Assembly: GCA_009692265.1 (NCBI GenBank)
Contig: SHZM01000005.1
Span: 12,459-76,458, forward strand
Source of the DNA: Gammaproteobacteria bacterium
GTDB lineage: Bacteria > Pseudomonadota > Gammaproteobacteria > Ga0077536
Length of the DNA stretch: 64,000 nucleotides
Reading direction: 5' to 3'
The notes under the pieces are model-generated. The model made no database searches, was not told where the DNA came from, and saw nothing but the letters and a program-made list of their open reading frames with translations. A program made the translations under genes and the position numbers. This document shows, piece by piece, positions 31,612 through 42,159 of this stretch. Every line of letters starts with the position of its first letter. The first letter of the stretch is position 1.

Positions 31612-32232
31612 ATGAGCAACAGCAATTTTTTCATTTTCCCACGTTTGACCGAGCTCACCGAACGCTTGGCCGGTGTCGAGGCTGTGCGCCAACGAGCCAC
31701 AGAGTGTGCTACCGGTCATGTGTTGGAACTGAGTGCACGAAGCCATAACAACCTTTTCTACTATCCTCGAACTATCACGTCCTTGACGGCCTTGGTCTCC
31801 GGTCGGGCGCTGGGTGCCGCGCCCCGTCAACACGCGCGCCAGGTATTGTTTCCGGTGGATATCCGCGAGGGAAGTTGCGATCAGATCCCGTTGAAGGATC
31901 ATCGCTTTGATTGTGTCGTAAGCACCTTTGCGTTGGGTACGGCGCCAAACGTAGATCTTGCGTTACAAGAAATAAAACGAGTGCTTAAACCTGCTGGTCG
32001 CCTGCTGTTCGCGGAATTTGGTCTCAGCCGCGACCGTAAGGTCGCAACCTGGCAACGCCGCTTCGGTTGGCTTAATCGGGCTTTCCACGGCGTTGCGTTA
32101 CCGATGGCTATATTTGAGGATGCGCTGGCGTCGAATGGGTTTTCATTGCGCAGTAGCGCCTGTAAGTACCTTCAGTACGTGCCTCGTGCACTCGGCTGCT
32201 ATTACGAGGGGGTTGCGTCGAACGAGGAGTAA
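31612..32232 (+). CDS. class I SAM-methyltransferase-like protein with degenerate motif I
   Basis: FDCVVSTF and ALQEIKRVLKPAGRLLF present; VLELSARSHNN replaces GxGxG. Confidence 0.7.
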   Translation: MSNSNFFIFPRLTELTERLAGVEAVRQRATECATGHVLELSARSHNNLFYYPRTITSLTALVSGRALGAAPRQHARQVLFPVDIREGSCDQIPLKDHRFDCVVSTFALGTAPNVDLALQEIKRVLKPAGRLLFAEFGLSRDRKVATWQRRFGWLNRAFHGVALPMAIFEDALASNGFSLRSSACKYLQYVPRALGCYYEGVASNEE

Positions 32233-32318
32233 TTCCAAAGTCGCGGGAGCGGATGCGTCTGTACCGAATTTCATGGCACCGGCGCTTAGATACACCGTTG
32301 AGATTTTTGCAGCAATCG

Positions 32319-33937
32319 CTAGGCGCTGCGGATGACAGCTCGAGGACCACTGAACATGGCTAATTCCGGGGCAACAATCTTGCCCATCCGTTGCAGGCGT
32401 TGCCATTCTTCGCTAGAAAGATCGGCGCGATGGTTAAGCTGTAAGTCGAGCGCCAGTGCGCTGAACTCCTCGACCCTTTCGGTGATGTAATACACTTCGG
32501 CAAGACGCATTTTCGCCGACACGTTTCGCGGTGTTTGTGCGATAACTTCCGTCAGTAGATGCTCAGCTTCAACATAACGGCCGTGCGCGATGCTGGAATC
32601 TATCTCGGTGTCCGCCTCAACCGAAGCGACCGTCGCAGGTCGACTAGTTATAACGCTGGGGGTCCGATCGCGCGAATCAACCACAGTGATCCCAGAAGCG
32701 GGTTTCGCCTGCCGTTGTTGTTCGAGCTTGATGCGTAATTCTGACTCCAAGCGCATACGGACAGCCACTTTTTCGGCGACTACGGCTTTACGTTCGGCGT
32801 CGATGACGGCACCGGTCGGCGGGACGTGCTGTCGGCGTCGAATATAACCTGCAAGTACTAGCAAGAAACCGCTAACGAACAGTACCGCGGCTCCAATCGA
32901 AAGTACGCCGTCGCCTGTTTTAGACGTCGCGGTAGTTTGTGGAAGGCTGACCTTGGCTTTCGTCGGTGTAGCTTCCGCGATCTTCGGCACGAACGTGGCC
33001 TGTAGCGTGACCACCGGTTTCGATCGAACTTCAACGGCAGTTGGTGTTGTACTGGCCTGAGAATACTTTGCACGGATTGCGGCAAACTTCTCATCAAGCT
33101 CAACCAAGCGAGCAGCTAGAACGGGATCTCGTCCTTTCGCGCGAACTGTTACTTGTGGCTCGTCGTTGGAAGCGAGGGCTTCTTCGAAAGGATCTTTCAA
33201 TTGCACCGGAGACTGCGGTCGTTCCGCAGAGGATTTTTTCGAAACTGCTTTCTTCTGCGCCACATTAAATGCCGACTCTTCCGAGGTCCGCGCGAGATCG
33301 TCGCTCCCTGGAAGCGTCAGGATGACGCCACTCTTCAGTCGATTCATATCCCCGTCAACGAAGGCGGCTGGATTCGCAGAAAGAATCTTCTGCATCAGAC
33401 TCTGCAAATTTCCGTTGCCTTCTAGCTGCTTAGCGATCGACCATAGACTATCGCCTGCGCGTACTGGTCCGTAAGTCCCGCCGTTGCTGACTACTAACGC
33501 GCTCGACATCGCGGCGTTTTTCTTGAGTACCTGCGTAGTGGTGGTTTGGCGAACCCTCGAGGAGGCACGCGGTGCTGGCTGCGGCGCGAACGCGAAGTGT
33601 TTTAAGAGTGCGCGGCCGTCATGTTCGGCGCGGAAATGATTTTCCCGCTGCGCAGATGGATGTAGGTATAGCCACCGGAGCTATATTCGACAGACGCGCG
33701 GATGCCTTGAATCGAGGCGCGCTGCCGACCTGCGGGATCCGAGTAAATATCGTGGGTCAGCGATACCGTCCACGGCGCCCCGCGTTCTTTCGGGGCAACG
33801 TAGAGATCTATGTAGGCCTCGAACGGCTGGCCTACTTCTGTGCGGGAGTGAAGTTCTCCCAGACCGAAGGCTTGTGCACCACTTGGTAGTGCGATAAGCA
33901 GTAAAAGGCCTACGAGCGCTGGGGAAATTATTCTCAT
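32319..33937 (-). pseudogene. fimV: FimV-like LysM polar protein, split by a frameshift or deletion near 33600-33630
   Basis: N-terminal AFGLGELHSR...GQPFEAYIDL; LysM YGPVRAGDSLWSIA..ANPAAFVDGDMNRL; TM segment; C-terminal TPR-like region; the two ORFs are in different frames. Confidence 0.72.
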
Positions 33938-34032
33938 GACGGGCTAACCTGCCGCGGCTCTTGCGCAGCTTAAATTGAAAAATTCCAGTAATTTTGAGTG
34001 CTTGCACTGCTGAGCAAAGCACCAAATGAGGC

Positions 34033-34713
34033 ATGCGTCTACAGTGCCAAGAGGGGTATCGGCCAAAAATGGGTAAAACTACACAAAAATCGAAAGTAAA
34101 TCGGAGGGACCCTGAGTGTCGGCTCAAGGCGGAAGAACGCTTTGGTTCACGGTTTTTCGCTCGCTACTATCATCATCGATTAACCCGCGTCGTGACTTCC
34201 AAGGACTATTTGTTACGGGCGCAGCTCATCGCCGCACAGGCCGTGCTTTTGCGGCTACCGGTCAGGAGAATTTTAGATGTGGGAGCCGGCGCCGGGGGCT
34301 TTGCGCGTGCCTTTCGTGAAGTTCTGCCACGAGCCAAATTTACAGGTATCGATGTCAGCAGATATGCCTGCACGCGCCACGGTTGGACTTACGCCTCGAT
34401 CACTGAATACGCGGGTGGACGACCCTTCGATCTCGTGCTTTGTCACGACGTATTTCAATATCTCACGCGCGACGAAGCGTTAACGGGCTTCGGCAATCTC
34501 GCCGCACTGACCCACGGCATCCTTTTTTTCACCGCGCTTACTCTTGAGGATTGGAACGAGGCGTGTGATCAGTCCCGAACGGATGGCGAAGTTAATCTTC
34601 GCGCCGTGGCCTGGTATCGGCGGCAGCTGCTCAGTGCGTTTCAGCAAATCGGCCCAGGAATTTATCTGAGTCGCGGAACGCGACCGCTGTTCGCGCTCGA
34701 CACACCGCAATAA
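34033..34713 (+). CDS. class I SAM-dependent methyltransferase (start uncertain)
   Basis: ILDVGAGAG, GIDVS, FDLVLCHDVFQY. Confidence 0.82.
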   Translation: MRLQCQEGYRPKMGKTTQKSKVNRRDPECRLKAEERFGSRFFARYYHHRLTRVVTSKDYLLRAQLIAAQAVLLRLPVRRILDVGAGAGGFARAFREVLPRAKFTGIDVSRYACTRHGWTYASITEYAGGRPFDLVLCHDVFQYLTRDEALTGFGNLAALTHGILFFTALTLEDWNEACDQSRTDGEVNLRAVAWYRRQLLSAFQQIGPGIYLSRGTRPLFALDTPQ

Positions 34714-34716
34714 CAG

Positions 34717-35277
34717 TTAGGGATTGGTTGGAATGAAGCTAAGTGCGACGCCGTTGTTGCACCAACGTTCGCCGCTGGGCGTGGGACCATCATCGAATAG
34801 ATGACCCTGGTGACCGCCACATTTAACGCAATGGTATTTGGTCCGAGGAATGAGAATCTTGTAATCCGTCTTCGTTGCGCAGTGGCCAGGGATGCTCGTA
34901 AAAAAGCTGGGCCAACCAGTCCCGCTGTCGTATTTCATCTCGCTCGAGAACAGGGGCAGTCGACACGCGCGGCACACAAAGATCCCAGCGCGCTTTTCAA
35001 GATTCAGGTGGCTGGACAACGGCGCCTCGGTGTCTTCCTCGAACAGCACCTGATAGCTTTCAAGCGGAAGTTCCTTGCGCCAGATCTCTTTAGACTTGGC
35101 AAGTGCCTTTGGATCAGTAGCAACTTTCGCGTTTTCGGCGAGCAAGGAGCGCCAACGTTTTTGCAGAGCGGCAATCTCCGGAGGAAGCGTCTTCGTCGCT
35201 TCGACCAAGGAGGGAAATACTGCCACCTGTAAAAGTACCAGCGCACCGAGTTTCACGATGAAATCTCGACGATGCAT
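34717..35277 (-). CDS. msrB: peptide-methionine (R)-S-oxide reductase MsrB with Tat-type signal
   Basis: MHRRDFI signal; CRAC, KYDSGTGWPSF, CVKCGGHQGHLFDDGP, RWCNNG. Confidence 0.93.
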   Translation of the reverse strand: MHRRDFIVKLGALVLLQVAVFPSLVEATKTLPPEIAALQKRWRSLLAENAKVATDPKALAKSKEIWRKELPLESYQVLFEEDTEAPLSSHLNLEKRAGIFVCRACRLPLFSSEMKYDSGTGWPSFFTSIPGHCATKTDYKILIPRTKYHCVKCGGHQGHLFDDGPTPSGERWCNNGVALSFIPTNP

Positions 35278-35307
35278 ATCAATCTCCTGCCAATAAACCG
35301 TCGTTAC

Positions 35308-35334
35308 TCGGATTCGCGATCATCATAAAAGTTC
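35308..35334 (-). promoter_or_regulatory. RpoE/AlgU-type ECF promoter candidate for msrB
   Basis: Minus strand GAACTT-N16-TCCGA. Confidence 0.55.
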
Positions 35335-35344
35335 AATTCAACTC

Positions 35345-36925
35345 CTAAGATAGGGTACGCTCTGCGAAATAGCGCGCTAAAAAATCCTCAAAGCTCAAAT
35401 TGTCGCTCGCCTCAATTTCGCGCTGCGAGGCTAAGGACTCCTCGGCAATCGATTTGAATTGGTCAGCAAGTACGGCATCCAGCGGATTTTTTCGAAACCC
35501 GGCCGCGTACTCTCGAGAGCGCGCCAACGTGAATTCGTAGAACGTTTGATGTGAACTACGCAATGCTTGCATCACTCTTGCCGAGGGCAGCAAGGAGGGG
35601 TCGGCTAGCGCTTGACGCTGGCGTGCAAGGGCGGCGCGATACGGTTTGTCAGGCGCGTCGCGATCGAGGATTTCGCAGATCGGGTCCATAGCGCTAAAAA
35701 TCTCGCCTGCCCACTCAGTGACCGCGATTCTGCGCTCGCCCTCGATCAACCTTAAACCCGGTTCCCGGCCGCGCAGTGCGATGGTCAGCTCGTTGTATTC
35801 AATCGCCCAAAGTTCCTCGGCCTTGATCGGCGCGCTCTCTGCCAGCAGGCACAACAGCAAAAAAACTTCAAGGAAATGCATGTCTTCGATCGCGACCCCT
35901 GTCGGGCTAAACGTGGAAATGTCGAGTGCGCGCATTTCAACGTACTCGACTCCGCGTTCGCGTAATGCGGTGCTCGGTTTCTCGCCGCTATTGATCGCGC
36001 GTTTTGGGCGAATGTAACTGTAGAACTCGTTTTCCAATTGCAGCACATTGCTGCTGAGTTGGATCCGTTGCTCTCCATCGTATAGTCCGATCACCTCGTA
36101 CTCTGGATAAGGCGTGCTGATAGCCTTGGCGAGGCTTACGACATAGTTATCGAGATTGTCATAGGAGACCTGAAGCGCGGCTTGATTTTTATTTTTGTAC
36201 CCAATGTCACTCATTCGTAAAGATGTCGCATGCGGCAAGTAATGGGATTCGGCATCGAACGGCTTAAACCTCGCGGTTCGTCCAGACAGGAACGAAGTGC
36301 CTACGATTGGGCTGCAGCCAAACAGCAACGGTATCAGCCAGCCCAACCGGCGGAAATTTCGGATTAAGGCAAAGTAACTTCGGTCAGTGAAATCGCGCAG
36401 CCGTCCGGGATCCTTTTCGAGCCCTTGAAAGGCCGGCCAGAATTCGGCAGGCAGCGAATAATTAAAGTGGACCCCGGCGATCGCCTGCATTCGACGGCCA
36501 TAGCGATAATCCAGTCCAATGCGATACACATGCTTCATTCGGCCAATATTCGAGTACCCGAAGAACGCGATCGGTACGGACTGATCGTCCTTGATAGCGC
36601 ATGGCATGCTGGCCGACCACAGTAGCTCGTCCGGGGACAGTTCTTGATAAATGAACTGGTGCGTCTGCTGTAGGAATTCTGCGACCTCGGCACTGCGTGA
36701 AAAAGCAGGCGTAATCAATTCGGAAAGGGCCTCGGAATAATCCGTAGTGATATACGGATGCGTTAGCGCTGAGCCCCACGCCAGTGGATGAGGGGTCGTG
36801 GCTAAACTGCCGTCGCGCGTGATGCGCAGGCTTTCTTTTTCCAACCCCCGTTTCCCACCGGCTAAAAGCCAGGCGCAGCCCACGGCTTGCATGCGGTTTA
36901 GTCGGTGCAGGGCAAGTTTGTACAC
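35345..36925 (-). CDS. gshA: glutamate--cysteine ligase
   Basis: RGLEKESLR, ITTDYSEALSELITP, YGRRMQAIAGVHFNYS, ATSLRMSDIGY, QLENEFYS; GTG 36925 with GGAG RBS. Confidence 0.95.
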   Translation of the reverse strand: MYKLALHRLNRMQAVGCAWLLAGGKRGLEKESLRITRDGSLATTPHPLAWGSALTHPYITTDYSEALSELITPAFSRSAEVAEFLQQTHQFIYQELSPDELLWSASMPCAIKDDQSVPIAFFGYSNIGRMKHVYRIGLDYRYGRRMQAIAGVHFNYSLPAEFWPAFQGLEKDPGRLRDFTDRSYFALIRNFRRLGWLIPLLFGCSPIVGTSFLSGRTARFKPFDAESHYLPHATSLRMSDIGYKNKNQAALQVSYDNLDNYVVSLAKAISTPYPEYEVIGLYDGEQRIQLSSNVLQLENEFYSYIRPKRAINSGEKPSTALRERGVEYVEMRALDISTFSPTGVAIEDMHFLEVFLLLCLLAESAPIKAEELWAIEYNELTIALRGREPGLRLIEGERRIAVTEWAGEIFSAMDPICEILDRDAPDKPYRAALARQRQALADPSLLPSARVMQALRSSHQTFYEFTLARSREYAAGFRKNPLDAVLADQFKSIAEESLASQREIEASDNLSFEDFLARYFAERTLS

Positions 36926-37113
36926 GAAAACTCCGGTTTGGTGAGGGCGCCAAGAAGGGCACAGAGCGTAGCACATCGTTGCACACCACCGTGCGCATCA
37001 CCCACCGAGTCGCTTGCGGATTTACAACTAAAATCGATGTCGTCTAGGATGAACCCGGTCGGCCTCAGCGGACTCGCCCAATCTGTGTCCACGCAATCGT
37101 GTAGGAAGTTGCA

Positions 37114-38475
37114 ATGAATAAACTGCTAGTTGCCAACCGAGGCGAGATTGCATGTCGAGTCTTGCGCAGCGCCCGCAAACTTGGGGTCTCGACGGTCGCG
37201 GTGTATTCAGACGCGGACGAAGCAGCGCTGCACACGCGTAGCGCCGACGAAGCCGTTCGGATTGGACCTGCAAGAGCGGCGGAAAGTTATTTAAATGTTG
37301 ACGCGCTACTCGCCGCAGCGCGCCGCACGGGTGCGGATTCGATCCATCCCGGCTACGGCTTTCTAGCCGAAAATGCTGCGTTTGCCACTCAAGTAATTGC
37401 CGCAGGGCTCACCTTTGTTGGCCCAACGCCAGAGCAAATTGAAGCCATGGGCGATAAGGCGCGCGCCAGAGGACTCGCACTGGCGGCCGGCGTCCCGATC
37501 GTTCCGGGCAGCGCTCGCTTCACATCTGGCGAACTCGGTGGACTAGAAGCGGCGGCCGCGAAGGTAGGATATCCGCTACTGGTTAAAGCGGCAGCCGGCG
37601 GTGGCGGAATTGGGATGCGTCTGGTCGAGGATCCAATCCAACTCCTAAAAATCGCCGAAGCGACGCAAACGATGGCGACAAGATCATTTGGCGACGGCGC
37701 TATTTTTCTTGAGCGCTACATACCGAAAGCGCGGCACATCGAAATTCAAGTATTCGGGTTCGGTGATGGTCGCGCAATTCATTTATTCGAGCGCGATTGC
37801 TCAATCCAACGTCGATTTCAAAAAGTTATCGAAGAGTCTCCAGCCCCGGGACTTCCGGAATCGATCCGCCAACGGATGGCTGAAGCTGCGGTAACCTTAG
37901 CCGGGAGCCAACAGTATGCCGGCGCGGGGACCGTAGAATTCATCGTGGATGCCGTGACCTTTGATTTTTTCTTCTTGGAAATGAACACGCGGATTCAAGT
38001 CGAGCACCCGGTCACGGAGATGATCACTGGGGAGGATCTGGTTGAATTGCAACTGCGCCTGGCGCGTGGTGAGAGGCTGGCCCACATGGAACAAGCAAAA
38101 CTGACAAGCCACGGTCACGCTATTGAATGCCGAATTTACGCCGAGAACCCGCTGAAGATGTTTTTACCTTCGCCGGGGAAGCTCAACGTGTTGCGACTGC
38201 CTGCGGCTTCTTCTCGGGTGAGGATTGATACCGGTGTGCGCGAGGGCGACACCATTACCGCGTACTACGATCCGATGATCGCAAAAGTCGTGTGTTGGGG
38301 TGAATCACGCGCCGCCGCGTTGAGCGCGATGGTGGGCGCTCTCGCGTCGAGCCGCATCGAGGGGATATCGAGTAACATCGACTTCCTGGGTCGAGTTATC
38401 GGTCATGCGGCGTTTAGTCGCGGCGATGTGTTCACCGGCTTCATCGAAGAGTACAAACAGGATCTCATCGCCTAA
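37114..38475 (+). CDS. biotin carboxylase subunit
   Basis: LLVANRGEIA, HPGYGFLAEN, GGGGIGM, ERDCSIQRR, FLEMNTRIQVEHPVTE, YYDPMIAK. Confidence 0.95.
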   Translation: MNKLLVANRGEIACRVLRSARKLGVSTVAVYSDADEAALHTRSADEAVRIGPARAAESYLNVDALLAAARRTGADSIHPGYGFLAENAAFATQVIAAGLTFVGPTPEQIEAMGDKARARGLALAAGVPIVPGSARFTSGELGGLEAAAAKVGYPLLVKAAAGGGGIGMRLVEDPIQLLKIAEATQTMATRSFGDGAIFLERYIPKARHIEIQVFGFGDGRAIHLFERDCSIQRRFQKVIEESPAPGLPESIRQRMAEAAVTLAGSQQYAGAGTVEFIVDAVTFDFFFLEMNTRIQVEHPVTEMITGEDLVELQLRLARGERLAHMEQAKLTSHGHAIECRIYAENPLKMFLPSPGKLNVLRLPAASSRVRIDTGVREGDTITAYYDPMIAKVVCWGESRAAALSAMVGALASSRIEGISSNIDFLGRVIGHAAFSRGDVFTGFIEEYKQDLIA

Positions 38476-38498
38476 TTTAAGCGTTAAGGAGGGCCCGC

Positions 38499-39374
38499 TT
38501 GATGTTCTATGAAGAGCCACGATTTTTGCCGGGAGGCGACCGGTTCATGGAAATTGAGTTTGGCGATGAGCTAAATCTCGAACTGAATTTTCGTGCGCAG
38601 GGTTTGGCGCAGATCATCACTGAGCAGAAAATAAAAGGGATCATTGAAACCGCACCGTTTTTCGCGTCGATCTTGCTGCACTACGAGCCTGATCTCGTCA
38701 GCTACGAGTCGCTCAAAACCGAGATGCGGCAATTGATTCGATCGATCGCCACCCTTGATGACGTCGAACTCAACAGCCGCCTGATCTACTTTCCAGCCGT
38801 CTATCTCGATCCGTGGAGTAGTGAGGCGATCGATCAATACATTGAAAAAATCAATCCGAATAAAGAGCGCGATCCCGCGTTTATCGCGCGCTTAAATGAC
38901 CTTTCAGATGTGGATCAGTTCGTGCGGGTGCACTCGGGCACCGAGTACTGGGTTGCCGCTCTCGGCTTTTGGCCGGGCACTCCGTTCATGATGCCACTTG
39001 ATCCACGTTGTCGGTTGTTCGCGCCAAAATACAATCCGCCGCGCACCTTTACTTACAAGGGTACGATCGGGATGGGCGGCGGCGCGACGGCAATTTATCC
39101 GGTCGATGGTCCTGGCGGATATCAAATCTTTGCGCGTACGCCGGTCCCGATTTGGGACATGCAGCAACGCTTGCAGCCTTTCAATGAAGCGCCCTATTTG
39201 CTGCGGCCGACCGATCGCATGAAATTCGTCCATTGCAGCTTGAAGGAGTTCGCCGACATCGAACGCCGCTGTGAAGATGGCACCTACGAAATGAATGTCG
39301 TCGGCTACCAGAAGATCTCATTAAAAAGTTACCGCGCGTGGGTTAACACGCTAGATCCGAACGCCAGGTTTTGA
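38499..39374 (+). CDS. carboxyltransferase / allophanate-hydrolase-subunit-1 (PxpB-like) domain protein
   Basis: GDRFMEIEFG, LGFWPG, PKYNPPRT, IYPVDGPGGYQIFART. Confidence 0.85.
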   Translation: MMFYEEPRFLPGGDRFMEIEFGDELNLELNFRAQGLAQIITEQKIKGIIETAPFFASILLHYEPDLVSYESLKTEMRQLIRSIATLDDVELNSRLIYFPAVYLDPWSSEAIDQYIEKINPNKERDPAFIARLNDLSDVDQFVRVHSGTEYWVAALGFWPGTPFMMPLDPRCRLFAPKYNPPRTFTYKGTIGMGGGATAIYPVDGPGGYQIFARTPVPIWDMQQRLQPFNEAPYLLRPTDRMKFVHCSLKEFADIERRCEDGTYEMNVVGYQKISLKSYRAWVNTLDPNARF

Positions 39375-39383
39375 GGAGGCAGT

Positions 39384-40352
39384 ATGTTAGAGGTCATAAA
39401 ATCCGGCCTGGAAACCAGTATCCAAGAATGGCCTGGTCGCTACGGCTATCTTAATGTGGGTTTCCCGTGGTCGGGCCCGATGGATTCCTGGTCGTTTAGG
39501 TTGGCGAATTGCTTAGTTGGGAATCCTCCGGGTGCGGCTGCATTGGAATGCCAGTTCATCGGCCCGAGCTTGAAATTCCAACGCGCCGCGGTGTTTGCGC
39601 TAACGGGGGCCGAGATGCAAGCCAAGCTCGACGGAGTCCCGGTGGCGCTCGGAGAATCGACCTCGGCGACTGCTGGTCAGACCTTGGCGATGGGCTCGGC
39701 GAAAACCGGGGCACGGGGTTATCTCGCGATCGCCGGTGGAATTATCAATGAAGCATTCTTCGGATCGCGGGCAACCTTTCATAAGGGTGGACTCGGCGGC
39801 ATGGAGGGTCACGCGCTCAAGGTCGGGCAAACTGTTCCGGTCGGTAACGCGAGTGGCGTTGCGGGGCGCAAACTAAAGCTGTCAGCGTTACCACCCATCG
39901 TGACAAATAAGAAATGGCAAGTCGAAGTAGTTACCGGTCCGAACGATGACTGGATCGACGACGAGGGGCATGCGCGGTTTCTCGGCAGCGATTGGAAACT
40001 GTCGTCGAAGAGCGATCGCGGCGGTTTTCGGCTCGACGGTCCGGACTGGACGTTTACCGCGCGCGCCACCAATAAGCCCCCGGAACACGGCTCGGATCCA
40101 GCAAATATCGTTGATCACGGCTATCCGGTCGGCGCGATTAATTTAGCTGGCCAAACTCCAATCATTCTCGTCAATGACGGACCAAGCGGCGGCGGCTTCA
40201 TCAATCCTTATACAGTGCCGCAATGCGCGTTTTGGAAACTCGCCCAATCCAAGCCCGGTGAGACTTACCGCTTTCAGGTTATTTCAGTCGCCGAAGCCCA
40301 GGCGCGCGCGCGCGCGATCGCCGCGCTGTGCACCGCTACCAGTATCGAATAA
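39384..40352 (+). CDS. carboxyltransferase / allophanate-hydrolase-subunit-2 (PxpC-like) domain protein
   Basis: GLETSIQEWPGR, SGPMD..SFRLAN.LVGN, SDRGGFRL, DGPSGGGF. Confidence 0.88.
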   Translation: MLEVIKSGLETSIQEWPGRYGYLNVGFPWSGPMDSWSFRLANCLVGNPPGAAALECQFIGPSLKFQRAAVFALTGAEMQAKLDGVPVALGESTSATAGQTLAMGSAKTGARGYLAIAGGIINEAFFGSRATFHKGGLGGMEGHALKVGQTVPVGNASGVAGRKLKLSALPPIVTNKKWQVEVVTGPNDDWIDDEGHARFLGSDWKLSSKSDRGGFRLDGPDWTFTARATNKPPEHGSDPANIVDHGYPVGAINLAGQTPIILVNDGPSGGGFINPYTVPQCAFWKLAQSKPGETYRFQVISVAEAQARARAIAALCTATSIE

Positions 40353-40366
40353 GCAAGGAATCCGTC

Positions 40367-40585
40367 ATGGCGCACGAAATCGAACTACAAACCGCAGGCA
40401 ATATGTGGAAGGTATTGGTGAAACCGGGCGACAAAGTGGAAGCGGGTGACACGTTATTCATCATGGAAGTAATGAAAATGGAAGTCCCCCACGAGGCCCC
40501 TGCAGCGGGCACCGTCACAGCCGTGAATGTCAGCGACGGCGAAGAAGGCTTGGAGGCGGGGATGATCGCGGTTGTGATCGAATAG
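40367..40585 (+). CDS. stand-alone biotin carboxyl carrier protein
   Basis: EVMKME biotinylation motif; ATG 40367 after AAGGA. Confidence 0.9.
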   Translation: MAHEIELQTAGNMWKVLVKPGDKVEAGDTLFIMEVMKMEVPHEAPAAGTVTAVNVSDGEEGLEAGMIAVVIE

Positions 40586-40586
40586 C

Positions 40587-42059
40587 TTACCCTAACCCTC
40601 GCTCGGCCATTGCCACAGCGCGAAACATTGCCCGGCCCTTGTTGATCGTCTCTTCCCATTCGAGCTCAGGCACCGAGTCGGCGACCACGCCGCAGCCCGC
40701 CTGGATATACAGTCGTCCCGCTTTAATGACGGCAGTGCGGATTGCGATTGCCGTGTCCATGTTCCCATTCCACGATAAATAGCCCACAGCACCGCCGTAA
40801 ATCCCACGCTTCACTGGTTCGATCTCATCGATGATTTCCATGGCGCGGATTTTCGGCGCGCCCGACAAAGTACCGACCGGCAGGGTCGCGCGCAGAACAT
40901 CGATCGCATCATTGCCCGGCACCAAGGTGCCTTCGACATTCGACGAAATATGCATGACATGCGAGTAGCGCTCGATCGCCAGCTTTTCCGTCACTCGCAC
41001 AGTGCCTGGGAGCGCGACGCGGCCGACATCGTTACGACTGAGATCGATCAACATCACGTGTTCAGCGATTTCTTTCGGATCGGCGAGTAGTTCTTGTTCG
41101 AGCGCGAGATCTTCTGCTGGCGTGGCACCGCGATGACGCGTGCCGGCGAGCGGACGAGTTGTGACTGTATTGCCCTCCAGGCGCACGAGGATTTCCGGCG
41201 AGGATCCAACAATCTGGAAGTCATCGAGTTCGATGAAAAATAGATACGGCGAGGGATTAAGGTGGCGCAGCGCGCGATACACATTCACCGGTGCGACGTG
41301 CAGCGGGATCGACATGCGCTGTGAGGGCACGACTTGAAATGCGTCCCCGTCAACGATGTACGTTTTGATTTTTTCCACGGCTTTGACGAAGTTCTCGCGT
41401 CCGAACTCGGACACGAAGTCGGTTTCGCTGACCGTTACCTCGCCCGACGGGTTGGCTGGGGGCTGGAGCGGTTGACGTAAGCGGGCGACCAGTGCGTCCA
41501 GTCGATTTTCGGCCCGCGCCAGTGCCGAGGGGTCACGTGGATCAATTTCACACACGAGCTGCATTTCGCCCTTGAGATTATCGAAGACGACATACTCGTC
41601 CGCGACCATCAGCAACATATCCGGAGTGCCGAGGCGATCGGGGGGCGTCGAATGTGCCAGCTTGGTTTCGACGTACCGTACGGTGTCGTAGCCAAAGTAC
41701 CCAACCAAGCCGCCACTAAAGCGGGCCGTGGCCAATGGCGGGGTCCGGGTGCGCGCGAGAAATTCGCGGACGAACTCAAACGGATCACGATCGCGTACTT
41801 GCTCCACCTCGCGACCTTCTTCGGTCATGGTGATGTGTTCATGGTCACCTCGAATTACGGTGCGCGCGGGCAAACCGATAATCGAATATCTTCCCCACTT
41901 CTCGCCGCCTTCCACTGATTCTAAGAGGTAGCTGTAAGGACCCGCGGCGAGCTTGAGATACACGCTCAATGGAGTATCGAGATCGGCGAGCACTCGGCGC
42001 ATCACCGGCACGCGGGTATAGCCCTCGCGGGCATAGGCGGCTAATTCCGTCGGTATCAT
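40587..42059 (-). CDS. trpE: anthranilate synthase component I
   Basis: [56 protein letters not shown]. Confidence 0.96.
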   Translation of the reverse strand: MIPTELAAYAREGYTRVPVMRRVLADLDTPLSVYLKLAAGPYSYLLESVEGGEKWGRYSIIGLPARTVIRGDHEHITMTEEGREVEQVRDRDPFEFVREFLARTRTPPLATARFSGGLVGYFGYDTVRYVETKLAHSTPPDRLGTPDMLLMVADEYVVFDNLKGEMQLVCEIDPRDPSALARAENRLDALVARLRQPLQPPANPSGEVTVSETDFVSEFGRENFVKAVEKIKTYIVDGDAFQVVPSQRMSIPLHVAPVNVYRALRHLNPSPYLFFIELDDFQIVGSSPEILVRLEGNTVTTRPLAGTRHRGATPAEDLALEQELLADPKEIAEHVMLIDLSRNDVGRVALPGTVRVTEKLAIERYSHVMHISSNVEGTLVPGNDAIDVLRATLPVGTLSGAPKIRAMEIIDEIEPVKRGIYGGAVGYLSWNGNMDTAIAIRTAVIKAGRLYIQAGCGVVADSVPELEWEETINKGRAMFRAVAMAERGLG

Positions 42060-42159
42060 GATTCGGCCGCGCCTTTACGCGTAGGCGTTGAAGAGGGTTG
42101 CGCAGGGTAAAGGAGCGCGATCAGGATGGCAACCGCAGGCAACGTGATGATGCCCAAGC

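Noticed and set aside
42060-42159. Possible trp attenuator upstream of trpE
   Set aside because: No Trp-codon leader peptide or terminator found on the minus strand
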